Assembly (NCBI RefSeq): GCF_037042905.1
Contig: NC_087252.1
Location: forward strand, 32,550,001-32,614,000
DNA from: Lytechinus pictus
Taxonomy: Eukaryota
Direction: 5' to 3'
DNA: 64,000 nucleotides
This document shows positions 50,931 through 62,977 of the stretch, one piece after another. The first letter of the stretch is position 1. Every line of letters starts with the position of its first letter. The notes beneath the pieces were generated by a model. That model ran no database searches. It worked only from the letters and a program-made list of their open reading frames with translations, and had not been told where the DNA came from. The position numbers were made by a program, and so were the translations under genes.

Positions 50931-52034
50931 ACTGTCCCATATATGCTTTTTTGTGTTGGTGATCTTCAGTGTCGTCATCTCTATAAATGTACATATACAT
51001 TCATGTATCTACTGTGATATGGTGGAAGTTAACATTGGTTGTAAAGACCTAAAAAAAAATCATGGTTTGCTGCAAGTACGGCTTTAAGATATAGTAGTTG
51101 TAGAAGGTTGTTTCTTGCAGGTGGAGTGTTGGCGACAGAAGGACCTTAGCAGACCAGTTGCTGGTTGGCCTAAACCCGTAAGGTCTTAACTTGTGCTGGA
51201 GTTACGAGTACACAGGTTATGCCCTTTGGGTAGTAGGCCGGACAGATTACTCATCAAAATACTCAATTTTTCTTTTTTTTAATTGACAACTAATCAAAGT
51301 AACAAAGAGCTTAGTTCCAAACAGGGAAAATTACATGGGGGTCTTTGGGTGAATTTGCCCCCTGATATGCCGAAGCAGCCCTTGAAATCTTTTAAGAAGT
51401 GCCTTGTTGAATACCCATAGGGCGACAATTTAAATTGTGATGGCAAATTTTGGCTTCAGTAATAGGCTTGAAAAAAAGTAGTCCTGGAAAGCCAATTATT
51501 AAACTTTCCCTGGCTCCAAAATACACTATGTGTTTGTATTTCACAGAAATTGTTTAAAATCTTATATTGATTTGGGTTTTTTCAAATTGCCTTTAGGTTG
51601 AAAATGTTCATTCAAAGTCATGAACTATACGTAAATTATGATGCGATATCAATTTCATTGAATATATATTTTGATCAAAGCTGAATGCTTCAAGTTTCAA
51701 TATTTTTAGGGAAAGGCCTCTTTTCCATACCTCACATTTCTATATTACCCTATAAAATGAAACAAACATAGAAAAAGGAAATCAAGGCAACAAAAAAATC
51801 TCCAAGGCTATTGAGATTATCAAGGCCAGTCAACAAGACATCAAGGGCCATAGCTGTCGATCAATTCAAACCCTTCATAAGGATTCCGTCCCGTTTGGAA
51901 CTTGGCTCTTTAAGTATGAAATGGCACTAAAAAGAGATGGGTTTAATGTTTTTTGATGTTCCCACTTCCAAGCTAGTATGCCTCTGGTATTACAGGTGAC
52001 TCCCTGACAAAAAAGGGGTTGATTCTAGCATCAA

Positions 52035-52310
52035 AGGAAAGTTCTCCCTGGCAAAAAGTTTATTGTGAAAGTAGCAGAAAGACATGATAAAAATTATTGA
52101 TGGAAGATTGAAGGAAAATTCAAAGTTTTGACAGACAAATCATTTCACATCTGCCCCTGAATGAAAACAAATGAACATGAACCATAAAAAAATTGAAATT
52201 TATATGCATTTTCTATCACATGACATATGGGGCAGCAGCTGGCATGTATGACATCAACAATTAAAAACTTGAAATTCAAATAACTTTCATAATATTTAAA
52301 GGATTTTCCT
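52035..52310. mobile_element. Degenerate Kolobok family D fragment
   Basis: Shares CCCTG.CAAAAAGT, GAACCATA.AAAA.TTGAAATT, CATGACATATGGGGCAGC and GGATTTTCCTC with 38830-39308. Confidence 0.7.
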
Positions 52311-52763
52311 CTTGATTACAATGCAGAAGAATATATGCACATAGTTTCTGTGCTATACAGATTAGTATATTATTATTAATCATTTACCAATATTATTAAA
52401 TATTTTTTACTAGTAATTTTACAAAAAACCTTTCTTTCGTTTTAAAAGAACCAACAAACCAGCTAAGATTAGAGGAAGGGGTGTCTTATTTCATTCTCTC
52501 CAAATTTGTGGAAAAAAAGGTAACATTTCCTTGGTTCTGGTATTGCTCCCCCCCCCCCCCAATTACGGGGACTAATATCTTTTTAAAATGTAGAAATTAC
52601 AAAAATCTGGTTCATATCAAAAGGAAGAGTAGAACGAGGCATGGATCAAACAAGCATACAGATCAGGAGGCAGAATTCCTGATGTTGCACATCAAAACAG
52701 TTTTATGACGTCTCCATTTTAGTGCCATTTTAGAATTTTGTTATTTGCATGATAATGTCATAG

Positions 52764-53131
52764 GGTGGGATTCTCATTAGTTAAACCAAATCTATGACTT
52801 ACTACAAATGGTAGTCCACATGTATTTCAGTTCTGTGTCATTTCCCTTTATATTCAACATTTTTTATAACACGGAGCAAAATTGACAAAATTTCCCATTT
52901 TCTAAGCCGTATTTCGAAAGGGCTACACAACGGTAAGTTGCTTACACGTTGAACCAAATAATTCCTTGGAATTCTTTTTGTATTCCTTCCAATTTTTTCT
53001 TCCAATTAAAAAAAAAATGACAAATTTCACCCAGGATTAGATTCTGATAAGTTTTGGATGCATGAGTCGACAATGGGTGATTAAAAAGTGTGGTTTAGGG
53101 TTAACCTAATCAGTGCTATGAGAATACCGCC
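52764..53131. mobile_element. Possible old MITE
   Basis: GGTGGGATTCTCAT / ATGAGAATACCGCC imperfect inverted ends, plus TAAACCA/TGGTTTA. Confidence 0.4.
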
Positions 53132-55009
53132 CAGTTTTAAATTAGGATTTTTATCTATTTTTTATGATAAGTGATATGTTTTGTTGCAAATACAAATGAA
53201 TACAGACAAGTTATTTTGATATATTTTTTTAAAGTGCAAACATCATTACCTCTGATACTGGCTTGATATTCAATTCATGTACTATACTGACTATGTTTGC
53301 ATTCTATACATTCCAACATTTTTTTGAACATTTTCACGTATAAAAGGGGATTCCACCTTGATAAAATAATTTTGGTGATTTTTTTTAAATTTGTGATGAA
53401 AGAAATCATTTGTTAATATGACAATATGTGTTCTATTTAATAATGTCCATATTGATTTTTAAAAATGCCTAAAAATTGATTTTGTTTAGACACATATTAT
53501 ATATCTGTGACTGAAAAATCATTTAATCAATCAATCTCCCTTGGAGTCTAATTTTTCCCATTCAAATACAATTAGATCAAATGAGATGAAATTTTACTTT
53601 TCATATTTAACTATTTTTAAATTAGTTTGTTTTTGATTTCACGACAATAGTATAAATGCTTTATTTGAATTCATATTTTCCTTTGATTATCTATTATTTT
53701 ATTAAAGGGAATCTTGTGCCTCAAATGTCATTTGTTTGTTTCGTTCATACCATGTATTCTTATCTACGAATGTAACACTTTGTTTGTCATTATGAATAAT
53801 ATTTTTGCATGGTGAAATAAATGGGAAAAAAATAGGTGAAACATGTGGTTATATTGGTGTGAACTGGTCTTGGAATGAACCCACTGCTATGCTATCCCAG
53901 AAAGGTACAAAACTTTCATATGGTCAGAATTAATCTTTGATCCTCAAATTGGCAATTATGGATTTTCTATTCATTTTCATACTTTGAAAGAAAAAAGAAT
54001 ATAGATAAACATACATGCAAGTCAAAATTAATGATAAAGGTAAAGCTTTACTGAAAAGTTACCAGTTTGCATTGTCACAATAGTAATTTTGTCGTTTTCA
54101 CGCTGTTGCCAATTTAGAATTAGAGAGTCTAATGATTACTCAAGTAAAATGACTTTATGCAGTCTGAACGCCTTCACATACTGGACTGGGAATAGTATAA
54201 TTTTTGTTCAGTACATTTTTCTTTTTTCCAACCATAATCTATTCGTAATTGCTACTTTCAGGATAATACAACACTTGAAACCTCTCCTAAAGTTAACACT
54301 ACATCTATGTGTTAAAATTTTTCATTTATAAGATGCTTAAGATTTATTTATTAAACTCTGATGAGGTTCATAACAAAATAAAAACAACTTCAATAGAAAG
54401 AAAGATGTGTTGAAAATTGTATGATTGCTCTTGCCTTGGGTAATATTTGTTGAAAGCTTCATTCAATGAAAGTAGATTATTTACATCCTTGAGCATCTCA
54501 AGTGGGAATAGAATGATGTGGAAAGCAAAACAGGATTTCAGGGAAACCTCTCAAAAGCAAAAAAAATACTCATCAACTTCTGGATAATCCCACATATTTT
54601 CATTAATGAAGCCTTCATTAACTCATATCATGGTCGTGATATCTTAAATATGGAAATATGAATCATGACATGATATATCTTTTCAAAGTAAACATCATTT
54701 GTGCAGTCAAGAAGGAAAATTCATACCCCCCCCCCTCATTAGTACTCAATCAATGTTGTTTTTTCTACACAGTTTATGTACAATAGTGATTATGTCGGCA
54801 AATTTACCAAAACAAAATTTGTTACTAACAATTTTCTATGCGGCAGAAGTGTGGAAATGCCCATCCTTTCCAAATGTTTGATTTGGGAATTAAATCTTAA
54901 GCAGAATTTATAATAAAAAAGATAAAGTAATATGCAACACTTTTGCTTTAATAATAAAATGTTTCTATGAAAGTGCTGCTTGTTATTAACTCGTCATCAG
55001 CACGGCTCC

Positions 55010-55090
55010 TCTGATCGGGCGCTCGGGCATTCAAGGATTTTCTTCCCACCAGGGTACCTTTTACTACACCAGGGTGGAGAGTGGCAAAAT
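55010..55090 (-). mobile_element. SINE core fragment
   Basis: GCGCTCGGGCATTCAAGGA..GGTACC..GGGTGGAGAGTGGCAAA matches the minus-strand SINE cores at 34607-34882. Confidence 0.7.
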
Positions 55091-56249
55091 CATGTAGATA
55101 AATAAATCCATATCATGGAAGATATCTTGTACAATGATCTATCAGTTTCTCACTCTTGTTATGAATGCACACATGGAGATCATATAAAGTTTCAGCAGCT
55201 CAAAACTTTAGGGAGATATACATGTGTCCTTGATTGTCTTGAGTGCGATTTTGTTGCTTTTGATTTAATTGTTTTGTTTGCATGCTAAATTCACTTTCTA
55301 TTTTATTTGAAATGTAATTTTAGTTATTTTATTATGCTGTTTAGTTTGTACACGTTCAGATTGACTGGGGTCTGGAAGCAAGAATAATAAAAGGGGTATC
55401 CAATTGTAGACTTGGCAAGAGTTTGGAATTATCTAATGCCAGGAATAAAAAAAATTCTCATTTATACAAGAATACTGCAAAATAGAGGATGTTCTATTGA
55501 AAATTTTATTATAAAATCAATGGGATTGCACCATTTCAACAATTTATAACAGGAGCCCTCTCTTGTTTATAAAACACTTTTCAATGGAAAAGGGCCTCGA
55601 TCTTAGAAAACAAATTTTGGATTTGCCCTTGCAGTCCTCATATTAATCAAGTTTTTTCAAGGTTGCACATTAATAATATAATGCATTTAAATTGAATTTA
55701 AATTCAAAATTAACACCAACATTTTAAAGAATGAAAAAAAAAATACCCCCAAAGTGGCTATTCTTTTTGCTTTTTCCCCCAAAAACTTTCCAGCTTACAC
55801 CTTTTTTTACAATTTTGACTTTATTCACTATTCATTCATTTTCTTTGTATTTTTGTTATTTATTTACTTTGTTCTTGTTAGTTTATTTACTTTGTTTTTG
55901 TTTACAGTTTATTTGCTTTTGTTTCGACTGCTACCCGTTCCTTCAGTTTTTATGCATGCTTTGGTTTTCTGTTCTGCGTCCTCGGCTTGACCCGTAAGGT
56001 CTAAACCTGTGTCAAAGTTCAAAGGCCACAGGTTTTCATCTTGGGGTACAAGTTTGGTGTCGCATTTTTCTGCACCGCATGCATGCCCGGAGTGGAGATT
56101 TGTTATTATTATATTGTTTTCGTATATTTTATTAACCAGGTATCCTTCGTTCGTTTGTAGCTTATTGATGTCAAAAGCAAAGATGGCCAGAGCACAAAAT
56201 CATTCAATTTTGACAAGATCCGTTTAAAGAAATTCTCATTAGACCTCTA

Positions 56250-56652
56250 AAAGACACAACCACACACATCACAATTAGTCTGCGATCCGATTTTGGAATA
56301 AGATATATTAGAATTTGATGCTAATATTGAGACATGGAATACCTTACTGTGTTATGTTAAAAATCATTGTACATATACCTATGTTAAAATCTGTGACTTT
56401 GCTATCCTCCTTATTAGAATAAAAGCAAATTGAATACAGTGTATGATGTTGTAATGACGTCATAGCAGTTGTATGATCGATCGGCTACGATTTGAAACCA
56501 ATTTGGCCTTTACGCCAAAAAAAAGGCTCTCAATCAACCAACATTCTTTCAGTCATTCTAAAACCCAAATAAAAAGATACGTATTCATAAAATACGCAAA
56601 ATGCGATTTTCTCCAAATTGGATCGTGGACCAGTCTTGGTGTGTGATGGCCT
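56250..56652. mobile_element. Degenerate Harbinger-like TIR element
   Basis: CACACA..CGATCCGATTTTGG at the left end inverted against CCAAATTGGATCG..GGTGTGTGATGGCCT at the right end. TAA-like flanks. Confidence 0.55.
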
Positions 56653-58374
56653 TTAAATTTTGTGAAATTCCACTAAATACCACTGCCAGAAATAGGGAAA
56701 TTTTGAGGGTAACTTTGGCACATATGATACAGGAATAGTTGACTTTAAATAACGAAGAGTATTTGAAAATGAGCTATCCAACCTATGAATAATATTTCCT
56801 CTGAAAATGAAAAAAATACTGAGCTGAGAAATTATTCAGTGACCTGAATTTTGAATGAGCAATTTTCCCGGTGTTCATCAAATATCCATGTGTCAGAATT
56901 TAGTCTTCCTTTTTAATATATGAGTAACATTATCCCATTTCTCAGTTCGTGTCAATTTATCCAAATTATTTCTTGTCAATTATTGTAAATGGATTTATGG
57001 GCTGGTCAATAATTTATACAATTTTATTTGTAACAATTTTGAATATGTTTCTTGATTCCCTTGATATTTTGTGTATAAACATAGTAATATGATTCCTAAG
57101 TCAGTGAATAGTATGTATGTTCAGCAATAGAGAAGGTGAAAGTACCTGCCATGTTGTTTTATGATTTAAAATATTTCTGTATACTCTTTACGTTTGCCTT
57201 GTTTTAATACCATATGAAGGTGATTTTTTTTTAAATTGAAATCATGTGTAATGAGAGTAGTACTGCAGGATTGGTGTAATTCTGTATCATTTTATCAAAT
57301 TGAGAAAACGCTATTTTTCAGGTGTATTTTCTGTCCGTAATTTTTGACGTTGAAACATGATTTTATTCATCTTTAACTTTTACTTGTTTCAAATTATGAG
57401 ATGTGTCTATGTGTAAAGTACTGTATTGCAATATTATTTGTGGTTGTAGTATTAAATGGAGATGTTCAGTCAAGTTCTGCTTTTTAAACTCGCAAGATCT
57501 TTCTCTATTTGTTTTTGTGATTACGCCCAAGTTCAAAGTTATTCATGTAATCAAGTTTTTCGTACAGATAAGGAAATATTTGAATGGGGGAATTACCCTC
57601 AAACATTCATTTTTCATTTCCTCATTTATATGACATAGCCATTTTTTTTTGCTGCTTATAAGCACACACACACACACACACAAACTCACATGCAAACAAA
57701 TCCCCACTGGATGTCAAAATGAACTCAAATGAATTTGTATAAGTTTGATAGTTGAAACTTTTTAAAGGGGACGTTTCATTTTCACATGTGTGCCACCACC
57801 AACTCTTGTAGCTGGTGCTTTCACAGGAATATATAACCCCACTCTGCCCTCAGTGTGCAATTTTGGTAAAACGTGTCTTTACAAATATATTCTATGTATA
57901 CACTTTAATAACAGCATTATATTATAGCGGTTGTTGTAAAACGTATTTAAATTACTTTGAGTCATATTGACTTTTCATATTCATAACTAGTGTTTTGCAG
58001 ATTTGAAGTCTTGAGTGTGTCCTCTCGTCTGACTTGACTAATTTTGTAGTAATGGTCAGATCATTCCCAAGTTAATGCTGCATTGGAACCATATAGGGCC
58101 TAAATCATTATAGAGCATGTGTTTACAGAATTTTGGACTTTTCATATCTAGCAGTCTTGCTGAACTCTGTGTAGAAAACATGGCACAATGTCATTTGAAA
58201 ACATTGTGAGTCCATCTTAAAAAGAAAATCTGAAGTTGTCGGATACGTAATAAGATTGTTGCAGGATAGCAGATGTTGCTATGTTCTGTGCCCTCCCCTC
58301 CCCCCCCCCTCCCCCCTCCGAGAAGGACAGAGAGAGAGAGAGAGATGGCAAGGTGGTTTAATAGACCTATGTTC

Positions 58375-58680
58375 TATTAGGGCGAGAGGGGAGGGGGAGC
58401 ACAAGTGGGAGTAGGCTTATGTTAGAGAGAGAGAGAGGGGGGAGCGCAAGTGGGGGTAGGCTTATATGCTCTATTAGAGAACGAGGGGGGAAGCGCAAGT
58501 GGGGGTAGGCTTATGCTCTTATTAGAGAGCGAGGGGGGAGCGCAAGTGGGGGTAGGCTTAGGCTTTATTAGAGAGAGGGGGAGGGAGCGCAAGTGGGGGT
58601 AGGCTTATGCTTTATTAGAGAGAGGGGGGGAGGGAAGCGCAAGTGGGGGTAGGCTTATGTTCTATTAGAGAGAGGGTGGG
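58375..58680. repeat. G-rich minisatellite, six units of about 45-50 bp
   Basis: CAAGTGGG(G/A)GTAGGCTTA at 58402, 58447, 58496, 58543, 58590 and 58640, with variable (GA)n(G)n spacers. Confidence 0.92.
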
Positions 58681-59248
58681 GGCAGGCCTATTTTCTTTTA
58701 GTAGGCGTGAGAGCTGAAGATATTATCCATGAGCCAACGTACATTATCGCATATGCCACCCCCACGTCTTTGCTCCATTGTAAAGACTACATCTTCCTCT
58801 TGTCATCTCCCTACGTCATGAATGGGATTTAACTTCCCGCTATGAATAGCCCTTGCAATCGCCCCCTCATCCTCCCTGCTCTCACGCAGGTGAAATGAAC
58901 AAGATGAATAGCCCTGTCTGGACCCTCTTTTCACCAAGACAATAGGCATGTTTCAAAAGAGAGGTGGATTGTAGAGCTATTCTTAGGGTATGTATTGTAC
59001 AGAGATACATGCAGGGGTTGTTTCTTTTGGGTCATTCTCTTGCTAATTGCTCGATGGCGAAATGAGAAGTTGTTCTTTGCGGTTGGAGATAAAATAGGAT
59101 GTGCTATTTCAAATAACATGTAGGCCTATTTTAATAGAAGTATATGAAGTCTGTTTCTCTGGGCATGTGAATGATGGTAATAAATAAGATTGAAAGTATT
59201 GACTTCCTCAAAATTTAAGGGACTTTTTGATTACATTTCGACATACGC

Positions 59249-59460
59249 TAGTAGTAGAAGTAGTAGTAGTAGTAGTAGTGGTAGTGGTAGTAGGGAGTAG
59301 GAGTAGGAGGCGTAGTAGTAGTAGTAGTAGGAGGCGTAGTAGTAGTAGTAGTAGGAGGCGTAGTAGTAGTAGGAGGCGTAGTAGTAGTAGTAGTAGGAGG
59401 CCTACTAGTAGTAGTAGTAGGCCTACTAGTAGCAGCAGTAGTTAAACTAGGAGTAGTAGT
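59249..59460. repeat. (AGT)n microsatellite with AGGAGGCGT interruptions
   Basis: Direct reading. Explains the poly-Val/Ser/Arg ORF. Confidence 0.95.
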
Positions 59461-59557
59461 TATTATAAGAACAAGAAAAAAAAATTGAAATAACAGTCTG
59501 AAGACTAAAAAATCAGGTGTAAATTATACAAATTGTGACATCAGATTGATTTCTTAA

Positions 59558-61101
59558 AGGGGAATCCAGCCTTGGCCATTAAATGTTGTGTTGGGAAGGA
59601 GAAAAATAAATTAAACAGAATGGTGAAAGTTTGAAAAAAATCGGACAAGCAATAAGAAAGTTATAGCTGCTTTAAAATTGAGATCACTAATACTATGTAG
59701 ATTTCAAATTGGCAACTGGGTAAGTAAATTATGACAAGGGGCAAGGACAACTTTCCCATAGGCCATGTACTTTATTATCAGGGATTTGTGGTTTTCTCCT
59801 ATTCGTACCCATTCCCCTGGGGCAGTAATCTAAATATAACCCAGGTAGTATATTGTTTTATGTCCTCATGAAAAAAAAATATAATTTGAAATAAAACTTT
59901 TTGGAAAAATGACATATTAGCCATAATATGTATTGGAGTACATGGAAGAGTAGTCCTTGCCTTACATCACTATGACATCCCATATGCGGCCAATTTGAAG
60001 TCTCTATTGGTATAGTGATTACCAATATTTACAACTTTTAAACATTCATAACTTTTTTGTTGTTTGCCCAAAGTTGTTCAAACTTTCACCTATCAATTTG
60101 TCTGATTTTTGTCTCACCTGCATAGCAGAGTGAGACTATAGGCGCCGCTTTTCCGACGGCGGCGGCGGCGTCAACACCAAATCTTAACCTGAGGTTAAGT
60201 TTTTGAAATGACAGCATAACTTAGAAAGTATATGGACCTAGTTCATGAAACTTGGCCATAAGGTTAATCAAGTATTACTGAACATCCTGCCTGAGTTTCA
60301 TGTCACATGACCAAGGTCAAAGGTCATTTAGGGTCAATGAACTTAGACCATGTTGGGGGAATCAACATCAAAATCTTAACCTAAGGTTAAGTTTTTGAAA
60401 TGTCATCATAACTTAGAAAATATATGGACCTAGTTCATGAAACTTATACATAAGGTTAATCAAGTATCACTGAACATCCTGCATGAGTTTCACATCACAT
60501 GACCAAGGTCAAAGGTCATTTAGGGTCAATGAACTTTGGCCGAATTGGGGGTATCTGTTGAATTACCATCATAACTTTGAAAGTTTATGTATCTGATTCA
60601 TGAAACTTGGACATAATAGTAATCAAGTATTACTGAACATCCTGTGCAAGTTTCAGGTCACATGATCAAGGTCAAAGGTCATTTAGGGTCAATGAACTTT
60701 GGCCAAATTGGGGTATTTGTTGAATTACAGCCATAAATTTGAAAGTGTGTTGGTCTAGTTCATAAAACTTGGACATAATAGTAATCAAGTATCACTGAAC
60801 ATCCTGTGCGAGTTTCAGGTCACATGATCAAGGTCAAAGGTCATGTAAGGTCAAAGAACTTTGGCCACGTTGGGGGTATTTGTTGAATTGCCATCATATC
60901 TCTATAAGTGTATTGGTCTAGTTCATAAAACGTGGAAATACGAGTAACCAAGTATCACTGAACATCTTGTGCGAGTTATAGTAGTTTTCAAAATCAGCAC
61001 TGCTGCTATATTGAATCGCGTGATGCAGGTGAGACGGCCAGAGGCATTCCACTTGTTCTTTTTCTTATAAAAACAAGTTTTTATTTGGGTTGGATTCCCC
61101 T
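59558..61101. mobile_element. Kolobok family B, interrupted by a HINE
   Basis: TTAA at 59554-59557 and 61102-61105. Colinear with 5856-6446 apart from the insert. Confidence 0.92.
60110..61055 (+). mobile_element. HINE/Helentron-associated element, copy 2
   Basis: GTCTCACCTGCAT (60111-60123) / ATGCAGGTGAGAC (61023-61035), (GGC)n, about 4.5 tandem units. Inserted in a T run of the Kolobok B host. Confidence 0.85.
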
Positions 61102-61954
61102 TTAAGTATGCCTGGTAAATATGGTATTTCAAGAAATATCTAAGAAATATGAATTAAAACAATACATGACAATAGTCAGGTCTGCGTACAAGCCACACAA
61201 AGTCCATTGAGTGAAGAAATGCTTAACACTGAGCATGCCCTAACACTACCTGACATATCAACAGTTGATGACGAGGATGGGGGATTCCCCAAATCATGTG
61301 ATTCACCAAGATGTTGAACAGGCAATGTGTGTGCTTGCTCATGCCCTGTGTATTACAGAGCTTCGTTCCACCAACATCGTAAACTCTGAAAACAAACAGA
61401 CTATTATAACATCTTTGAAGTATTCTGCTAGTGAATATGCAGATAGAAAAAGTCCCAAATGCCTTCATCATTGCAAAATCCTTGGCGTATAAATTGTGTG
61501 AAAAGCTTTATCAATCAACAGTCTACTTTAAAAAATGCAAGATCGATCGCCCACCTGCAAGCACTGGTTTAAATGTACCTTAAAATTATTAGTCCATTTA
61601 TGTTCTGGGTCTATTTCTGTTCTGAAAAGCAAGAAAAACATCTGTTCATTCCTGTTCAAGGTAAAACCACAAGAAATATTACTATTTTTTGTACAGGATG
61701 TAATGCATATAGACGGTTGATAGATATCTGTAGGCAAATTAGGATACATTTGTCCATGCGTTCTTCATATTTTATTGATGGGATATCCATATTTTCAAGT
61801 ATTAGTCTAATACTAGTCACTTCCAGTACATTGGGTACCTCTGTTTTTTTTCTCCAAATTAAAAACGTTTAAGCAAGTGGTGCACGTGTATGTTATAGAC
61901 CAAACTCTCTGTCTGTTTCTCTCTCTCCGCCTTACCCTTCCTCCCCACTCCTTG

Positions 61955-62480
61955 TTTTTGCTCAAAAAAGAGTCTTTTTCAAAAGCAACATCAAAGATTT
62001 TTTAACTCACCTTTCCCTCCTTCCTCCCTCCCTCTTTCTCCAAACTTGTACCCCACTCCCCTCTCTTTTTATTCTTGCTGGGAAAGAGGCTATTTAAAAG
62101 CAATGGCAAATGTTTTCCAATGCCCCTGCCCTCCCTCCCTCCTTTCTCACACTGCCACCTCAACTCCGATGATTTTTTTTTCTGCTCGGAAAGAGGCATT
62201 TCAAAATTGACGGTCAAGATTTTGTAATGCCCCTTCCCTCCCCCCCTTCTACTCACACTTTTTTTGCTCAGAAAGAGGCATTTCAAAATTGACGGTCAAG
62301 ATTTTGTAATGCCCCTTCCCTCCCCCCTTCTACTCACACTTTTTCTGCTCAGAAAGAGGCTTTTCAAAATTTACAACCAAGATTTTGTAATGTCCCTTCC
62401 CTTCCCCCACCCTTCTACTCACACTTTTACTGCTCGGAAAGAGGCTTTTCAAACTTGACGGCCACCATTTTGTAATGCCA
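61955..62480. repeat. Tandem repeat of about 81-85 bp
   Basis: GCTC(G/A)GAAAGAGGC at 62184, 62266, 62347 and 62432. Degenerate units at about 61960 and 62077. Confidence 0.88.
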
Positions 62481-62832
62481 TGGTTTTGCGAGCCCTTCTA
62501 AACAGCAAAGGGACCCTCTAAGCTGGCAAGCTCCCTCCCTCCCTTCCATCGTCCCACCCTCGTGCTCTGTTATCCATAGCACCCAAGCCCATTACGGTCG
62601 CATCAATCCACCATTCAAGATATTCTTTTGATGTCTATTGTCTGGTTGTATATTTCGGCTACATTGTAAATGCCCATGATTGGATACGGTGGAGTTTCCC
62701 CCCGTATGGAATCCTATGCAAAATTGCTCAAAGCATGATTCCATGCAGACGATGTGCATTATTGGAAAAAAAAAAGTCTGCTGCCATGTGTTTTTACCCC
62801 ATAGGTATTGTTAAGGCCTATAAGTTAATAAG

Positions 62833-62977
62833 GGGCCCGTTGCAGAAAGAGTTGCGTTTAAACGCAAGCCAAAAAATCAATCGCAAGTCCCAAGTGCGCG
62901 CTGTTGATTGGTTGAAAATCAAGTTACGCATGATTTTTAGAGTTGCGATTGATTGCAACTCTTTCTGCAACGGGCCC
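62833..62977. mobile_element. Harbinger-like MITE, AAG TSD
   Basis: Perfect TIR GGGCCCGTTGCAGAAAGAGTTGC / GCAACTCTTTCTGCAACGGGCCC. AAG at 62830-62832 and 62978-62980. Confidence 0.92.

Noticed and set aside
59227-59445. SR-like Arg/Ser-rich peptide
   Set aside because: Translation of an (AGT)n microsatellite.
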